DNA of 64,000 nt from an uncultured delta proteobacterium (lineage in GTDB: Bacteria; Desulfobacterota; WTBG01; CAIYCZ01; CAIRTM01), in assembly GCA_963804955.1 (NCBI GenBank), contig CAWDSQ010000026.1, positions 128,001 through 192,000 on the forward strand, written 5' to 3'. Below are positions 1 through 10,803 of this stretch, piece by piece. A program made the position numbers and the translations under genes. The notes under the pieces were generated by a model. The model had not been told where the DNA came from. It searched no databases and saw only the letters and a program-made list of their open reading frames with translations. Numbering within the stretch: the stretch's first letter is position 1; each line of letters starts with the position of its first letter.

Positions 1-87
1 ATGATCACCATAAAAAAAGCTTTCGGCTTCCTGATGATCGGACTCGGGGAATACTTCATCCTGAAGGCAGGGCAATTAATGTTTTAA
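1..87 (+). CDS. 3' end of a membrane protein, probably cytochrome c biogenesis CcdA/DsbD family (partial)
   Basis: Frame 1 reads ..IKKAFGFLMIGLGEYFILKAGQLMF*, a hydrophobic helix directly upstream of a TlpA-like gene; family inferred from context. Confidence 0.5.
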   Translation: MITIKKAFGFLMIGLGEYFILKAGQLMF

Positions 88-98
88 GGAGTTACAGC

Positions 99-611
99 AT
101 GAAAAAAATCGTTTTAATCATCGCAGCAGTATCTCTCCTATGCTCGTATGTACCGTCAGCATACTGCGCCGGCCCGGCCAAGCCCGCAGTCGGCATCATG
201 AAAGGCCAGCTTGCTCCCGACTTCACGCTCAAGGACATCGGCGGCAAGCAGGTATCCCTGTCATCGGAAAAAAACAATGTTGTCTGCCTGGTCTTCTGGG
301 CCACCTGGTGCCCCTACTGCGTGCGGGAAATACCCCGCTACAAGGAGCTGCATGCAAAGTATGCTGCAAAGGGTCTTAAAATCCTTTCTATCAATATAGC
401 TGCAAACGACCCCCTCCCTCGCGTTGAGGCTTTTCAGCAGAAAACGCAGCTGCCCTATCCCATACTCTACGATACTCTGCAGGAAGTAAGCCGCCTCTAT
501 TATGTGACCGGCGTGCCGGTAAGCGTCATTATCGACCGCAAGGGCATCATACAGCACCGGGGCTATCAGCTGCCGGACAATGCCGATCAACTGATCGCGC
601 AGCTGCTGTAA
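99..611 (+). CDS. TlpA/ResA-family thiol-disulfide oxidoreductase, exported
   Basis: Signal peptide, APDFTL, FWATWCPYC active site, GVP cis-Pro; AAGGAG RBS. Confidence 0.9.
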   Translation: MKKIVLIIAAVSLLCSYVPSAYCAGPAKPAVGIMKGQLAPDFTLKDIGGKQVSLSSEKNNVVCLVFWATWCPYCVREIPRYKELHAKYAAKGLKILSINIAANDPLPRVEAFQQKTQLPYPILYDTLQEVSRLYYVTGVPVSVIIDRKGIIQHRGYQLPDNADQLIAQLL

Positions 612-680
612 CCGCGTGCCATGCTGTCTATTGCCGTTGCAGACAGTACTCCTGACACTGCCTGCATACCCGGGAGGCTC

Positions 681-836
681 TAACAGGGTTTTGAAAAAGT
701 CCATAGGGGAAGGCTGTTCAAAAATGTTCAGATGCAAGGCGTGCGAAATCATGCGAAATGAGGCGTACTTTTTGTGCGCCGCAGTGAAGCATGATGAGCG
801 CAACGCAGCAGATGGGCGTTTTTCAACAGCCTGCTA
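681..836. mobile_element. MITE-like element with IS-type terminal inverted repeats
   Basis: taacagggttttgaaaaa (681) and aggctgttcaaaaa (711) versus tttttcaacagcctgcta (819-836); no transposase. Confidence 0.6.
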
Positions 837-842
837 AAGCAG

Positions 843-1367
843 ATGCCGCAGCATTCCGCCCGCCCGCCATTTCCCTACTGCCCCTGGTGCAGGGGCGATC
901 TGAGTACATCTGACCCCCATCGGCAGGTGTGCTCAAGCTGCGGATTTATTCTCTACCACAGCTCAAGCCCCTGTATGGGAGCCATTCCGGTTGACGGCCA
1001 GGGCCGCGTGCTGCTTGCCCGCCGCGGCATTGAGCCTTTCTACGGCGACTGGAATACGATAGGCGGATTTCTCGGCTATCAGGAAGAACCGCTCGACGGG
1101 CTCAGGCGTGAGGTGCGGGAGGAGACCGGCGTTGACTGCAGCATACTGGACTGCATCACCATGGCTGCCGAGCAGTATGGCGAAGGAGGCGCAGGGCTCA
1201 TGTGCTGTTATTTCACCGTTCGCCTGCTCTCGGACGACTTCAAACCCCAGGATGATGTCAGCGAACTCGCCTGGTTCAGCCTTGACAGCCTGCCGGACAA
1301 TATCCCCTTTGCAAGCGACCGCCGGGCTTTGGCAGTGCTCAGGGAAAGACGCTCAGGCAAAAAATGA
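843..1367 (+). CDS. NUDIX hydrolase with N-terminal zinc ribbon
   Basis: CPWC..CSSC and Nudix box GGFLGYQEEPLDGLRREVREETG. Confidence 0.9.
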   Translation: MPQHSARPPFPYCPWCRGDLSTSDPHRQVCSSCGFILYHSSSPCMGAIPVDGQGRVLLARRGIEPFYGDWNTIGGFLGYQEEPLDGLRREVREETGVDCSILDCITMAAEQYGEGGAGLMCCYFTVRLLSDDFKPQDDVSELAWFSLDSLPDNIPFASDRRALAVLRERRSGKK

Positions 1368-3822
1368 ATGCTCACTGCCTTAAAGTACTGGAGTTCGAGC
1401 GCATACGGGAGTTCCTGGGATCATTCGCCGCATCACCCGGCGGCCGGGCTGCCTGCAAAAGCCTGATGCCGCAGACCGGCCGCGGCGCCGTCGTACAGCT
1501 GCTGCAGGAAACGACGGAAATGCGCGACGAGCAGGACCTGCACGGCCCCCTGCCCCTCAGCGGCATCCACAGCATACGCACGGCTGTCGAGCAGGCCCGG
1601 ATGCAGAATTACTATCTCGATCCGCAGCGGCTCATCGAGATAAGCGACACGCTCGAAACCGCCGATACAATCAAAAATTATTTCTCGGGCCATGCCGGGA
1701 CCAGGCCCCTGCTGCACGCCATCACAAGCCTGATTGCGCCCCTTGGCAGCATCACGCGGCGTATCCGCGCAAGCATTTCAGGCCAGGCAGAGCTGCTTGA
1801 CAGCGCAAGCCCGGCCCTTGCTGACATCAGGATGCAGATAAAGAAACTGCGCTCCGGCATCATACGCACCCTTGAGCATATGCTGGTCGATGTCGATCTG
1901 GGCACGGCCATACAGGACGACTTCATAACCCTGCGCAATAACCGCTACGTGATACCGGTCCGCAGCGACAGCAAAAACAGCATACCCGGCGTCGTGCATG
2001 ACCAGTCGCAGAGCAAAGCGACATTCTTTGTCGAACCCCTCTCCGTGGTCAATCAGAACAATGAACTGCAGGGGCTGCGTAAAGACGAATACTACGAGGA
2101 AATAAGAATTCTCACCGAGCTCACCGGCCTTATTAATGCCGGCGGCCCTGAAATATGCTCAAACCTCGACATCATCGAGCGCGTCGACCTCATACATGCC
2201 AAGGCTTTGTTTGCCCGGACCCTGCGGGCAACCTGTCCCGAAATCAACACGAATGGGGTCATCGGCCTTCGCGCCTGCAGGCATCCCATACTGCTCTCAC
2301 GCTTTGTGGAAGACACCTCACCTGCAGCTGACGCTGACGGCAAACCGCAGGCGCCAACCGGAACCTGGGTGTTTGACCGCGACGCCGTGGTTCCCATCGA
2401 CTGCCTGAAAAGCACAAAATCATCCACCCTCATCATCACCGGCGCCAATGCAGGAGGCAAAACCGTTGCCATGAAGACCATCGGGCTTTTCGTGCTTATG
2501 ACACAGGCCGGCATGCACATACCGGTGGAGGCCCGCAGCACGATTGCCGTCTTTGACAGCGTTTTTGCCGACATCGGCGACGAGCAGAACATGGAAACAA
2601 GCCTCAGCACCTTCTCGTCCCACATGAGCCAGATACACGGCATAATTTCGCAGGTAACGCCTTCATCGCTGGTGCTGCTCGACGAGCTCGGGTCGGGCAC
2701 CGACCCGTCGGAGGGCGGTGCGCTTGCCGTTGCGATTCTTGATTTCCTGCGCAAGCACGGCTGCACAACCATCGTAACGACACATCTCAACTATCATGAA
2801 AACCTATGCCTACAGCCGCGATGATGTCGAGAACGTATCTGTGGCATTCGACCCGGGCACGTTAAAGCCCAGCTACAGCCTGGTGTACGGCATGCCCGGC
2901 TTCAGCAATGCCATTGCGATTGCCCGCACCATCGGTATTCCGGAAGAAATTCTGCAGAGCGCGGGCGGCTATCTCGAAGGGGCCGACCGGCAGGTGGCTG
3001 AGCTGATCCATGGCCTTGAAAAAACCCAGAAAGAGCTCTCGGACAGCAAAGAGGTGCTGCGCACTGCCATTCGCCTGGCACAGAAATATCACAATGCCGC
3101 TGAAAGCCTCCATGACAGCATGCATGACCAGCGCGAGAAAATCCTTAAAAACTTTGAAGCAAAAGCACGCAGCCTGCTGCGGCAAAGCGAGGACGAGCTT
3201 ATGAAAATCATCAAAGATCAGAAAAAACGCACCGTCATCCGCCCTGATGACGACTTCAGGCAGGATGATGCCGCACGCAGTGCGCTGACAGCTATTAAGA
3301 AAAAGCTGCACGATCAGTTCCCCAAAAAAGCCGGGCCGCATGAGCAGGTTGAGCACTATCTTGAAGCAGGCCAGACCGTGATGGTTGTGCACCTGAACAA
3401 GCAGGGAATTGTCATGAGCGCCGACAACGGGACAAAAAAAGCCGAAGTGGCCATCGGCACCATGCGTGTCAAAACCAGCTATAATGAGCTTGCCCCTGCT
3501 TCCGGGCCAGCCGGGCAGGCCAAAGGTGCAGCTCCGAAAAAAAGCCCGAAGACCGGGGCTTCAACCGCGGAGCCGGCATTTTCCCGCAAGGTAAATGTTA
3601 TCGGCATGCGTGTCGAGGAGGCCCTGCCCGTGGTTGACAAGGGCATTGATACGGCGCTTCTTGAAGGCGCCGATACTGTTGAAATCATTCACGGCAGAGG
3701 CACGGGCCGTTTGATGGCGGCCATTCATGAGCATCTGAAAACCAATCCCTGTGTAGAAAGCTTTGCCCAGGGCACACAGGCCGAAGGCGGCATCAGGGCT
3801 AACCATTATCCAGATAAAGTAA
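1364..3822 (+). CDS. mutS2: MutS2 endonuclease/ATPase with Smr domain (frameshifts near 2792 and 3790)
   Basis: KVLEF start, VHDQSQSKATFFVEP, Walker A TGANAGGKT, DIGDEQ, LSTFSSH, DELGSGTDP, IIHGRGTG; split across ORFs 1364-2824 and 2796-3845; corrected end SGLTIIQIK* stops at 3822. Confidence 0.9.
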
Positions 3823-3865
3823 CCAGTAGCCAGAATTCAGAATAAAAGACATAGGGTCTTCAAAA

Positions 3866-3885
3866 CAGGGTGGGCTGTGCCCACC
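3866..3885. repeat. REP-like palindrome
   Basis: ggtgggc-tgt-gcccacc in an intergenic region. Confidence 0.4.
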
Positions 3886-3973
3886 ATTAAATCGCAAAAA
3901 CTTAGCGTGGTGACATCCGCTGTGGCGGAATGCCCACACTGACCATTGTTCAGATAAAACAAGGAGACTTTTC

Positions 3974-4432
3974 ATGCAGGAAATAAGCCGTGAGGAAATA
4001 AACCGCATTCTTGAAACCGCACCAGACGGCATGCTCGGGCTGTGCGACAATGGCAAACCCTACTGCATACCCTTCGGGTTTGTCTGGACAAACGAGGCAA
4101 TCTACCTGTCGATGTTCAAAACGGGCCGCAAATGGGACTGCCTGCAGCGCAGCCCGCAGGTTTGCTTCAGCCTTTACAGCTGGAACGAAGACCATACCCG
4201 CTGGTCATCGGTTATCATTGAGGGAGAACTCAGTGCCGTTGAAAATTTGTCTGAAATCGAGCTGATGATCAGGGCCAATATCGCCAAAATGGGGCTTGAC
4301 CCTGAAACCTATCTTGCAAAGCGCATGGAGTATTACCGGACCAACCGGGATAATCCCAAAGGGCTGAAATGCTTCAAGATTAGACCCGCTTCGATACAGG
4401 GACGGTCAATGGCGACGCAGATTGGGAAATAA
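3974..4432 (+). CDS. Pyridoxamine 5'-phosphate oxidase-like flavin-binding protein (NimA/Pyridox_ox_2 type)
   Basis: GMLGL..GKPYCIP, GRK, PQVCFS, WSSVIIEG; AAGGAG RBS. Confidence 0.8.
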   Translation: MQEISREEINRILETAPDGMLGLCDNGKPYCIPFGFVWTNEAIYLSMFKTGRKWDCLQRSPQVCFSLYSWNEDHTRWSSVIIEGELSAVENLSEIELMIRANIAKMGLDPETYLAKRMEYYRTNRDNPKGLKCFKIRPASIQGRSMATQIGK

Positions 4433-4448
4433 TTGAGGGGGGAATAAA

Positions 4449-4727
4449 GAATTCAGAAGCCAGGAGTCAGAAGCTAGGAGTCAGTAGTCAGTAGTCAGTA
4501 GTCAGTAGCCAGTAGTCAGTAGTCAGTAGCCAGTAGCCAGTAGTCAGTAGTCAGTAGTCAGTAGTCAGTAGTCAGTAGTCAGTAGTCAGTAGTCAGTAGT
4601 CAGTAGTCAGTAGTCAGTAGCCAAGTAGTCAGTAGTCTAGTAGTCAGTAGCCAGTAGTCAGTGAGCAGTAGCTGCAGAGTCAGTAGCCAGTAGTCAGTAG
4701 TCAGTAGTCAGTAGCCAGTAGTCAGTA
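4449..4727 (+). repeat. Tandem heptamer array (AGTCAGT/AGCCAGT), about 40 units
   Basis: Directly visible 7-bp periodicity, degenerate at both ends. Confidence 0.97.
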
Positions 4728-4761
4728 TGTTGTAGAACCAAGACGTCTATTAAGGAGCCCT

Positions 4762-6279
4762 ATGAAAATCCAGGTAAAAAAAGGCTATATTGCCGCTGAA
4801 AGATGCGAGGCAGTTGTGGCGGGCGTTTTTGAAGGCACAAAAAAACTTGCCGGTGCGGCAGCGGCTCTTGACTGGGCTGTGGGCGGTTTACTTGCCGGCA
4901 TGCTCAAAAGCGGCGACTTTACCGGCAAGTTGAATAAAACAGCTGCTCTGTATCCCGATAAAAAGCTGCCCCTGAAACGCATCGTGCTGGTAGGGCTCGG
5001 CAAGGAAAAAGATTTCACCTGCGACAGACTCCGGGGCGCAGCAGCTGCGGCTGCCCGCGCCGTGCGTGACCTTGGCGTCACAGGCATGCTGCTGCCCCTT
5101 GACTTTGCCCCTGCGAAACTCAGTGCATACGACACAGCGCGTGCGCTCGTGGAAGGCCTGATTCTCGGGCTGTACCAGTTCAAAGAATATAAAACAAAAA
5201 ACAATGGCAATGGAGGCAAGCCCCTCACGGCCTGCACGCTGCTGGCAGGCACTGCCGCCGGGCTCACGAGCGCAAAAAAAGGCGCCGCACATGCCGAAGC
5301 CGTATCGCGGGCGGTCTGCCTTGCCCGCGATCTTGTCAGCAGGCCGTCAAACACGGCAACGCCGGAGCATCTTGCCCGGGCCGCAAAAACGATTGCAGCT
5401 CTGCACGGCATCGCCTGCACGGTGCTGGACGGGCGGCAGGCGGAAAAACTCGGCATGGGCGCTTTCTTCTCAGTGGCCCGCGGCAGCGAAGAGCCTGCGC
5501 GCTTTATCGTCCTTGACTACAAGCCTCACACGAAAAAACCCGCACCGGCCGTCGTGCTCATCGGCAAAGCCATAACCTTCGACAGCGGCGGCATTTCCAT
5601 AAAACCGGCGCAGGGCATGGAGGAAATGAAAACCGATATGGCAGGCGGAGCGGCAGTGCTCGGGGCCATGCAGGCGGCAGCGGCACTCAGGCTGCCGGTG
5701 CATGTCATAGGCATCATACCTGCCACGGAAAACATGCCCAGCGGCCATGCTCTCAAGCCCGGTGACATCATAAAGGCCATGTCAGGCAAAACCATAGAAA
5801 TCATCACCACCGATGCCGAGGGCCGCCTCATCCTTGCCGACAGCCTTACCTATGCGCAGCGCTACAAGCCTGCGGCTATTATCGACCTGGCAACGCTGAC
5901 CGGGGCGTGCATCATTGCCCTTGGGCATGCTGCATCAGGGCTGATGGGTACGGATGAGAAACTCATTAAAAAAATCCAGGCCGCTGCTGAGGCAACGGGC
6001 GAAAAAGTCTGGCCGCTGCCGCTGTATGAAGAGTACTCAGAGCAGCTGAAAAGTGATGTGGCGGATATTAAAAACACCGGCGGCAGGCCTGCAGGCGCAA
6101 TAACGGCAGGATGCTTTTTAAAGGAATTCGCCGGCACTATCCCGTGGGCGCATATCGACATTGCCGGCACAGCCTGGGCTGCCAAGCCCCTGCCCTACAT
6201 ACCCAAGGGAGCCAGCGGTGTCGGCGTACGGCTGCTGGTGGAACTGCTTGAGCAGTGGGGTGATACCACCGGGGCATAG
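4762..6279 (+). CDS. pepA: Leucyl aminopeptidase (M17)
   Basis: GKAITFDSGGISIK, MKTDMAG, TDAEGRLILAD, DLATLTGA, WAHIDIAG. Confidence 0.96.
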   Translation: MKIQVKKGYIAAERCEAVVAGVFEGTKKLAGAAAALDWAVGGLLAGMLKSGDFTGKLNKTAALYPDKKLPLKRIVLVGLGKEKDFTCDRLRGAAAAAARAVRDLGVTGMLLPLDFAPAKLSAYDTARALVEGLILGLYQFKEYKTKNNGNGGKPLTACTLLAGTAAGLTSAKKGAAHAEAVSRAVCLARDLVSRPSNTATPEHLARAAKTIAALHGIACTVLDGRQAEKLGMGAFFSVARGSEEPARFIVLDYKPHTKKPAPAVVLIGKAITFDSGGISIKPAQGMEEMKTDMAGGAAVLGAMQAAAALRLPVHVIGIIPATENMPSGHALKPGDIIKAMSGKTIEIITTDAEGRLILADSLTYAQRYKPAAIIDLATLTGACIIALGHAASGLMGTDEKLIKKIQAAAEATGEKVWPLPLYEEYSEQLKSDVADIKNTGGRPAGAITAGCFLKEFAGTIPWAHIDIAGTAWAAKPLPYIPKGASGVGVRLLVELLEQWGDTTGA

Positions 6280-6316
6280 CTGTTTCAAAATAGGCACAAA
6301 GATGGGAGAGGTGTTT

Positions 6317-8521
6317 ATGAAAGCAAAGCTGATTTTCATGTGTGCCTCAACAATCATTCTTGCAGTGACAATTGCCGGCTGCCGCTGGCAGCAACCGCAA
6401 AATTTCGAGCCGCGCACCTGGACTCAGGGAACCGAAGATATCAGCGAAACAGGCGCCACGCTCAACGGCGCTGTCAACCCGAACGGTTCAGCCACAACAG
6501 CCTGGTTTGAATGGGGAACCGACCCGGATCTCACTACATGTACCGAAACCCCTCACAGGTCTCTCGGAGCCGGCGCAGTAGGCATTAAAATCTCTGCCGG
6601 TCTCACCGGCCTGGCGCCCGACACAATCTACTACTACCGGGCAATCGGGACGAACCATGCGGGAACAAGTGAAGGGAAAACAGGGGCATTTTCCACACAA
6701 TCTCCAGACAGGGCCAAGATAACCGTCACGACACTGATCGACCAGTCTCCCCCGCCGGCTGACGCCATGACGATCAGAAAAGCGCTTGAGAACATCGAAT
6801 CCGGCGGCACGATAACCTTCGCACCAGCCCTCAACGGCGGAACAATCAACCTGCAGCTCATCGGTTCAACCACATCTTTACTTAAAGCAGAAGTATTCAC
6901 TCTGGGCATGGGATGGGTATTTCAGGGATTCCAGCAAAGGAACTACGGCAATTCAGCCCTGTATGCAGAAAAACATGTAACTATCGATGCCTCAAGCCTG
7001 CCCGATGGCATAACGCTGCGCTGGGATGGTGGCGATGCCAGCAGAGCACGCGTGCTGGCAATCTACGGCAACCTGACCATGAAAAACGTCACCGTCACGT
7101 CGGGCTATGCCGTCAGTGAGCCGATCAGCGATGAAAACCAGCCCTATACCCTGGCGCGCGGCGGCGGCTTAGCGGTATGGGGAACTGCCGTGCTTGACCA
7201 TTGCACGATATACGGCAATACAGTCCGGGGCGATGAAAACCCCAGCCGTGATCGAGGCGCCTTCGGCGGGGGCATCTATGCCGATATGCTCACCCTGAAT
7301 GACTGCGTCGTCAGCGGCAACGCGGCCAAAGGATTCGGCGCAGCCGGTGGCGGTATTTATTCGGTATCAGGAGCAGACGGCTGGGGGCAGGGCTCAACGC
7401 TCACGGGATGTGCCGTCACCGGTAATCGCGTCACCGGCCAGCATGCCTATGGAGGTGGCGTTTACTCCGACGGCGGCGGCCCGGGAAACGCACAGACTCT
7501 GCAGGCAATAAACTGCACCATAGCCCGCAACATGGTGGAAGACAATCCCGGTATCGAGCAGGACGATCTGAACCGCTATTATTACCGCGGCGGCGGCATC
7601 TATATGTCGAACGGATTTCTTTCTGTTGAGGCATGCACCATAGCTGAAAATACGGTGACGGGCCACCCCCGCGTATTCAATAAACCCAATATGGGCGGTG
7701 GCGGCATTGCCGCTACGATCGGCAACGCCCATGTGGTTGAAAACATGCAGCTGCAGCATTCCATCATAGCCGGCAACACTGTTAATTCTTTCTCTAATGA
7801 TGTGTATAGCGGCTCGCTGGTGCATTTCTACAGCTGGGGGTACAATCTGATCGGCACGCTGGACTTCAGCCAGATTCTCGTGCCCATTCCGGCGTGGAAT
7901 TCTCTCAGCAGAAAGCACTGGCCCAAAATCGGAGATAGTGAAGGGATTGGCCCTGCCGATGTGCTGGACATGAACAGCATCATGCATCACAACACCATCA
8001 TATCCGTCGGAGCAGATGCCGGGCAGCCGGCTGTGCTGTGGTACCAGCCAACAGGAAGCGCCGTCGATAAAATCCCTGTCAGTTTTTACGGAGTGAATTA
8101 TTTGATAGCACAATACGAAGTTCCGGCTGAAAAAACAGATGACTTCCTGAACCATGCTCTTGCGAAAATACGTGCAAAATATGGCGATATTTTAGGCCAT
8201 GATTTCGGGGAAGACTTTGGGGACATGTCCGGCACTACCTGGTATGGCCCGTCGGTTGAATGGCCGACCAATCCGCAAAATGCCGCCTGGATCCAGTTCT
8301 GGCGCAATCTTGACAGCTCCATCGGCGACAGGCTCGGCGATGTCAAGCTCGGCGATGATTTTTGGGGCTCCTTCAAAAGCGGGCCTCTGGGAGACAATGT
8401 TACAATAACCGTGGAAACAAGGAGAAAAAGCGCTCTGCGCATGAGCGCGAAAGATCAGCAGGGAAACTGGCGGCCGGCGGGTCTGAAGGCCGACATCGGA
8501 GCGATCGAGGCTGCGCCGTGA
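6317..8521 (+). CDS. Large lipoprotein: fibronectin-III-like domain plus parallel beta-helix, ending in a choice-of-anchor-Q-like tail
   Basis: Lipobox IAGC after ATG 6317; ATLNGAVNPNG..WFEWG..LTGLAPDTIYYYRA; repeated GGGIY / N-x-V-x-G-N; DQ..R..DIGAIE end. Confidence 0.75.
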   Translation: MKAKLIFMCASTIILAVTIAGCRWQQPQNFEPRTWTQGTEDISETGATLNGAVNPNGSATTAWFEWGTDPDLTTCTETPHRSLGAGAVGIKISAGLTGLAPDTIYYYRAIGTNHAGTSEGKTGAFSTQSPDRAKITVTTLIDQSPPPADAMTIRKALENIESGGTITFAPALNGGTINLQLIGSTTSLLKAEVFTLGMGWVFQGFQQRNYGNSALYAEKHVTIDASSLPDGITLRWDGGDASRARVLAIYGNLTMKNVTVTSGYAVSEPISDENQPYTLARGGGLAVWGTAVLDHCTIYGNTVRGDENPSRDRGAFGGGIYADMLTLNDCVVSGNAAKGFGAAGGGIYSVSGADGWGQGSTLTGCAVTGNRVTGQHAYGGGVYSDGGGPGNAQTLQAINCTIARNMVEDNPGIEQDDLNRYYYRGGGIYMSNGFLSVEACTIAENTVTGHPRVFNKPNMGGGGIAATIGNAHVVENMQLQHSIIAGNTVNSFSNDVYSGSLVHFYSWGYNLIGTLDFSQILVPIPAWNSLSRKHWPKIGDSEGIGPADVLDMNSIMHHNTIISVGADAGQPAVLWYQPTGSAVDKIPVSFYGVNYLIAQYEVPAEKTDDFLNHALAKIRAKYGDILGHDFGEDFGDMSGTTWYGPSVEWPTNPQNAAWIQFWRNLDSSIGDRLGDVKLGDDFWGSFKSGPLGDNVTITVETRRKSALRMSAKDQQGNWRPAGLKADIGAIEAAP

Positions 8522-8892
8522 CCGCGAGCAGGCAGGGACTTTCCGGCAGTGAGCATTCATGGCGCTCCTGCTGGTAAGCGCTGACGAGGGAAGCACGCCA
8601 ACCCTGTTTTCAGGATTTTGACGGGCACACTTCGTGAGTCTCTATGAAGGGGAAAAGAAATTTTCCATGAGCACGTATTGCTCCGTAAGCCAGGCATGCA
8701 AAAAAAATCGTCGAATTACATTATCTACCTTCTCAATCACTTTTTCCTGTATTGCTGCGCGACTGAACCCCTTATCCTTCAAAACAGGCCCGCCCAGAGG
8801 GAAATGATACCAACAATATTTTCCAAACCTCACCATAGGCTCCGCCCTGGGTCAATCTTCCAACCAGGTATTCCAACCTGCAAGCATGAATT

Positions 8893-9020
8893 GATCGTCT
8901 TTCGAAAACCATCGCCTATGGCGATGGTTTCTCAAGAAGGCAACTCAAACACGCCGTGTTTTTTGCTTCCGCCCTTTCAGGGCGAAATCAAGCCACCCGC
9001 TATGCGGGTGGTTGTTGACT
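8893..9020 (+). mobile_element. Non-autonomous IS200/IS605-like remnant (two hairpin ends, no tnpA)
   Basis: Hairpins aaaccatcgcc-tat-ggcgatggttt (8906-8930) and ccacccgc-tat-gcgggtgg followed by ttgttgact (8993-9020). Confidence 0.55.
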
Positions 9021-9258
9021 TTAAAATTCTTTTATTAATTTGCCGCGACCTTAACTTATTAAAAATCTTTTATTTTAAAAATTTATATAAAATAATACTA
9101 ATTTCTTTTATGACTAATTTTCACTAAAAATACTTAATTTGTATTAGGTAATAAATGAGTATTAAACTAAGCATTGCGTGTTCTTTAAATGGCTGTAAAA
9201 TATAATTTAAAAATCGTCTAACATTTTAAAACGGTCATATTTTTCATGGGAGGGTACA

Positions 9259-10010
9259 ATGTTTAAACTATCTAAAGCGGTTGTTGTTGTTTTCAGCAGT
9301 AATTTTGATTGCTGAAGCAGCTGTGCAGGATGCTTATGCGCAGTCAACCGCCTATGTCTGGTCACCGGTTCCTTTAACGGAAGTAAATCCCGAAAACACC
9401 GACTTGCGCGGCATCTGGGGAATCGCTGATAGACAACAATACGGATATGTTTGTTGTCGGCCAGGCAGGAAAAATATTTCATTATTCAAATGGCGTATGG
9501 GTTCAGGAGACTACCGGAGAAACGCGCGACCTGAATGCTGTTTATGGATTCAGCGCTACAAGCGTTTTTGCAGTAGCAGATACCAACCGCGCCATCTATT
9601 ACTATGCTGGCTCCTGGGCAAAGCGCTCAAGCGACAACCTGAATAACGGCCTTTATTCTGTCTGGGGGACCGATCCCTACAATTCTTTTGCCTCAGGCAA
9701 ACTCAGTATTTTTTCCATATTTTTAAACTATTACTACAATGTCATCAACATCAATATGAGCAATTCTCCTAATATCGCACGAACGGACTCCAGCGGGATT
9801 AAAGGCGATCGTTTCGGCATCTGGGGCTCGGCTGAAAATGATGTCTACATGGTTGGCGCGCCTGCGGAAACCTGCTCAACCACCTCCTGCTCAGGACCGG
9901 CTTCCACTATTTCCCATTACAATGGCAGCAGCTGGTCGCCGGTTGCCACAGAAAATGCTTCCTCGACGCTGTATGCCATTTGGGGAACATCGGCCACTGA
10001 TGTCTGGCCT
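9259..10010 (+). pseudogene. Secreted beta-propeller-type repeat protein (vWG-x-S-x-x-DV repeats), frameshifted and apparently truncated
   Basis: Repeats LRGIWG, LNAVYGFSATSVFAV, LYSVWGTD, FGIWGSAENDVYMVG, LYAIWGTSATDVW; repeat similarity stops near 10010. Confidence 0.6.
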
Positions 10011-10159
10011 GCCTGTTCGGGTTTAGCAACAGGGAGCGGCCCAGGCTCCGCTGGAGTCAGGATCAGAAAAACGAATTCTATTGGTTTCGCCTGTAGGGCA
10101 GGCAGCAGATGCCTGCAAGGAAGTCCTAACTCACATTTTCAATCCGCGATCAGAGTTCC

Positions 10160-10744
10160 TCATGGCAACACCTTCTTTGCAATCATGCTGGCGAGAGCGT
10201 TATAGCCGCCTTTGCCGTCGGGCTCGATGCGCTCGTGATAGTATAGAACGAACAAGTCAAGAAACGACTCGAGCAGTTCATTGGGGTTTAATAAAAAATC
10301 GGTATTGTGAGGACCATCGAAACGCTGCTGGTCGAGCGTATAGGTCTCGAAAAACAGAATGCCTCCTTTTTTAAGCCCGGCCTTTATACGCGGAACAAGG
10401 GCGCGCTCAAGAAAATAGAAGTTAAGAATGACGTCGAAATGATTTTCAGGAAACGGCCAGTCGATCATGTCTGCAGCCACAGCATCTATTGAGAGGCCTT
10501 TGTCACGGGCACACTCCTGCGCCAGTCCAACGGCAGCACTGGATCGGTCAACACCAGTTACGCTGTAGCCGCGCTGGGCAAGATAGATGCCGTTCTGGCC
10601 GGAGCCCATGGCAATATCAAGGGCCGTACCTCCAGCGCCAAGCATAGATGCATTCTCCTGCAGAAAAACTGCAGGCTGGGGAACATCCGCAAGGCTGCGC
10701 ATGTGATACTTTTCTTCCCATGTCCGCTCATTGCTCATGCACAC
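10160..10744 (-). CDS. Class I SAM-dependent methyltransferase (TehB-like)
   Basis: ALDIAMGSGQN motif I, VTGVD, FDVILNFYFL, LKKGG. Confidence 0.88.
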   Translation of the reverse strand: MCMSNERTWEEKYHMRSLADVPQPAVFLQENASMLGAGGTALDIAMGSGQNGIYLAQRGYSVTGVDRSSAAVGLAQECARDKGLSIDAVAADMIDWPFPENHFDVILNFYFLERALVPRIKAGLKKGGILFFETYTLDQQRFDGPHNTDFLLNPNELLESFLDLFVLYYHERIEPDGKGGYNALASMIAKKVLP

Positions 10745-10758
10745 CTCTCATCAGTCAT

Positions 10759-10782
10759 AAAAAAGGAGACCCGCAGGTCTCC
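10759..10782 (-). terminator. Intrinsic terminator
   Basis: ggagacc/ggtctcc stem with a T-run on the minus strand after the lipoprotein gene. Confidence 0.6.
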
Positions 10783-10803
10783 CGTCTGTTGTCCTAATCA
10801 CGG

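Noticed and set aside
4449..4727. CRISPR array
   Set aside because: Contiguous 7-bp tandem units with no unique spacers and no cas genes
8678..9127. 149-aa ORF
   Set aside because: Spans the IS200-like hairpins and an AT-rich spacer; no protein-like motifs
10010..10159. Possible ncRNA at the end of the WG-repeat gene
   Set aside because: Only short stems; no recognisable family
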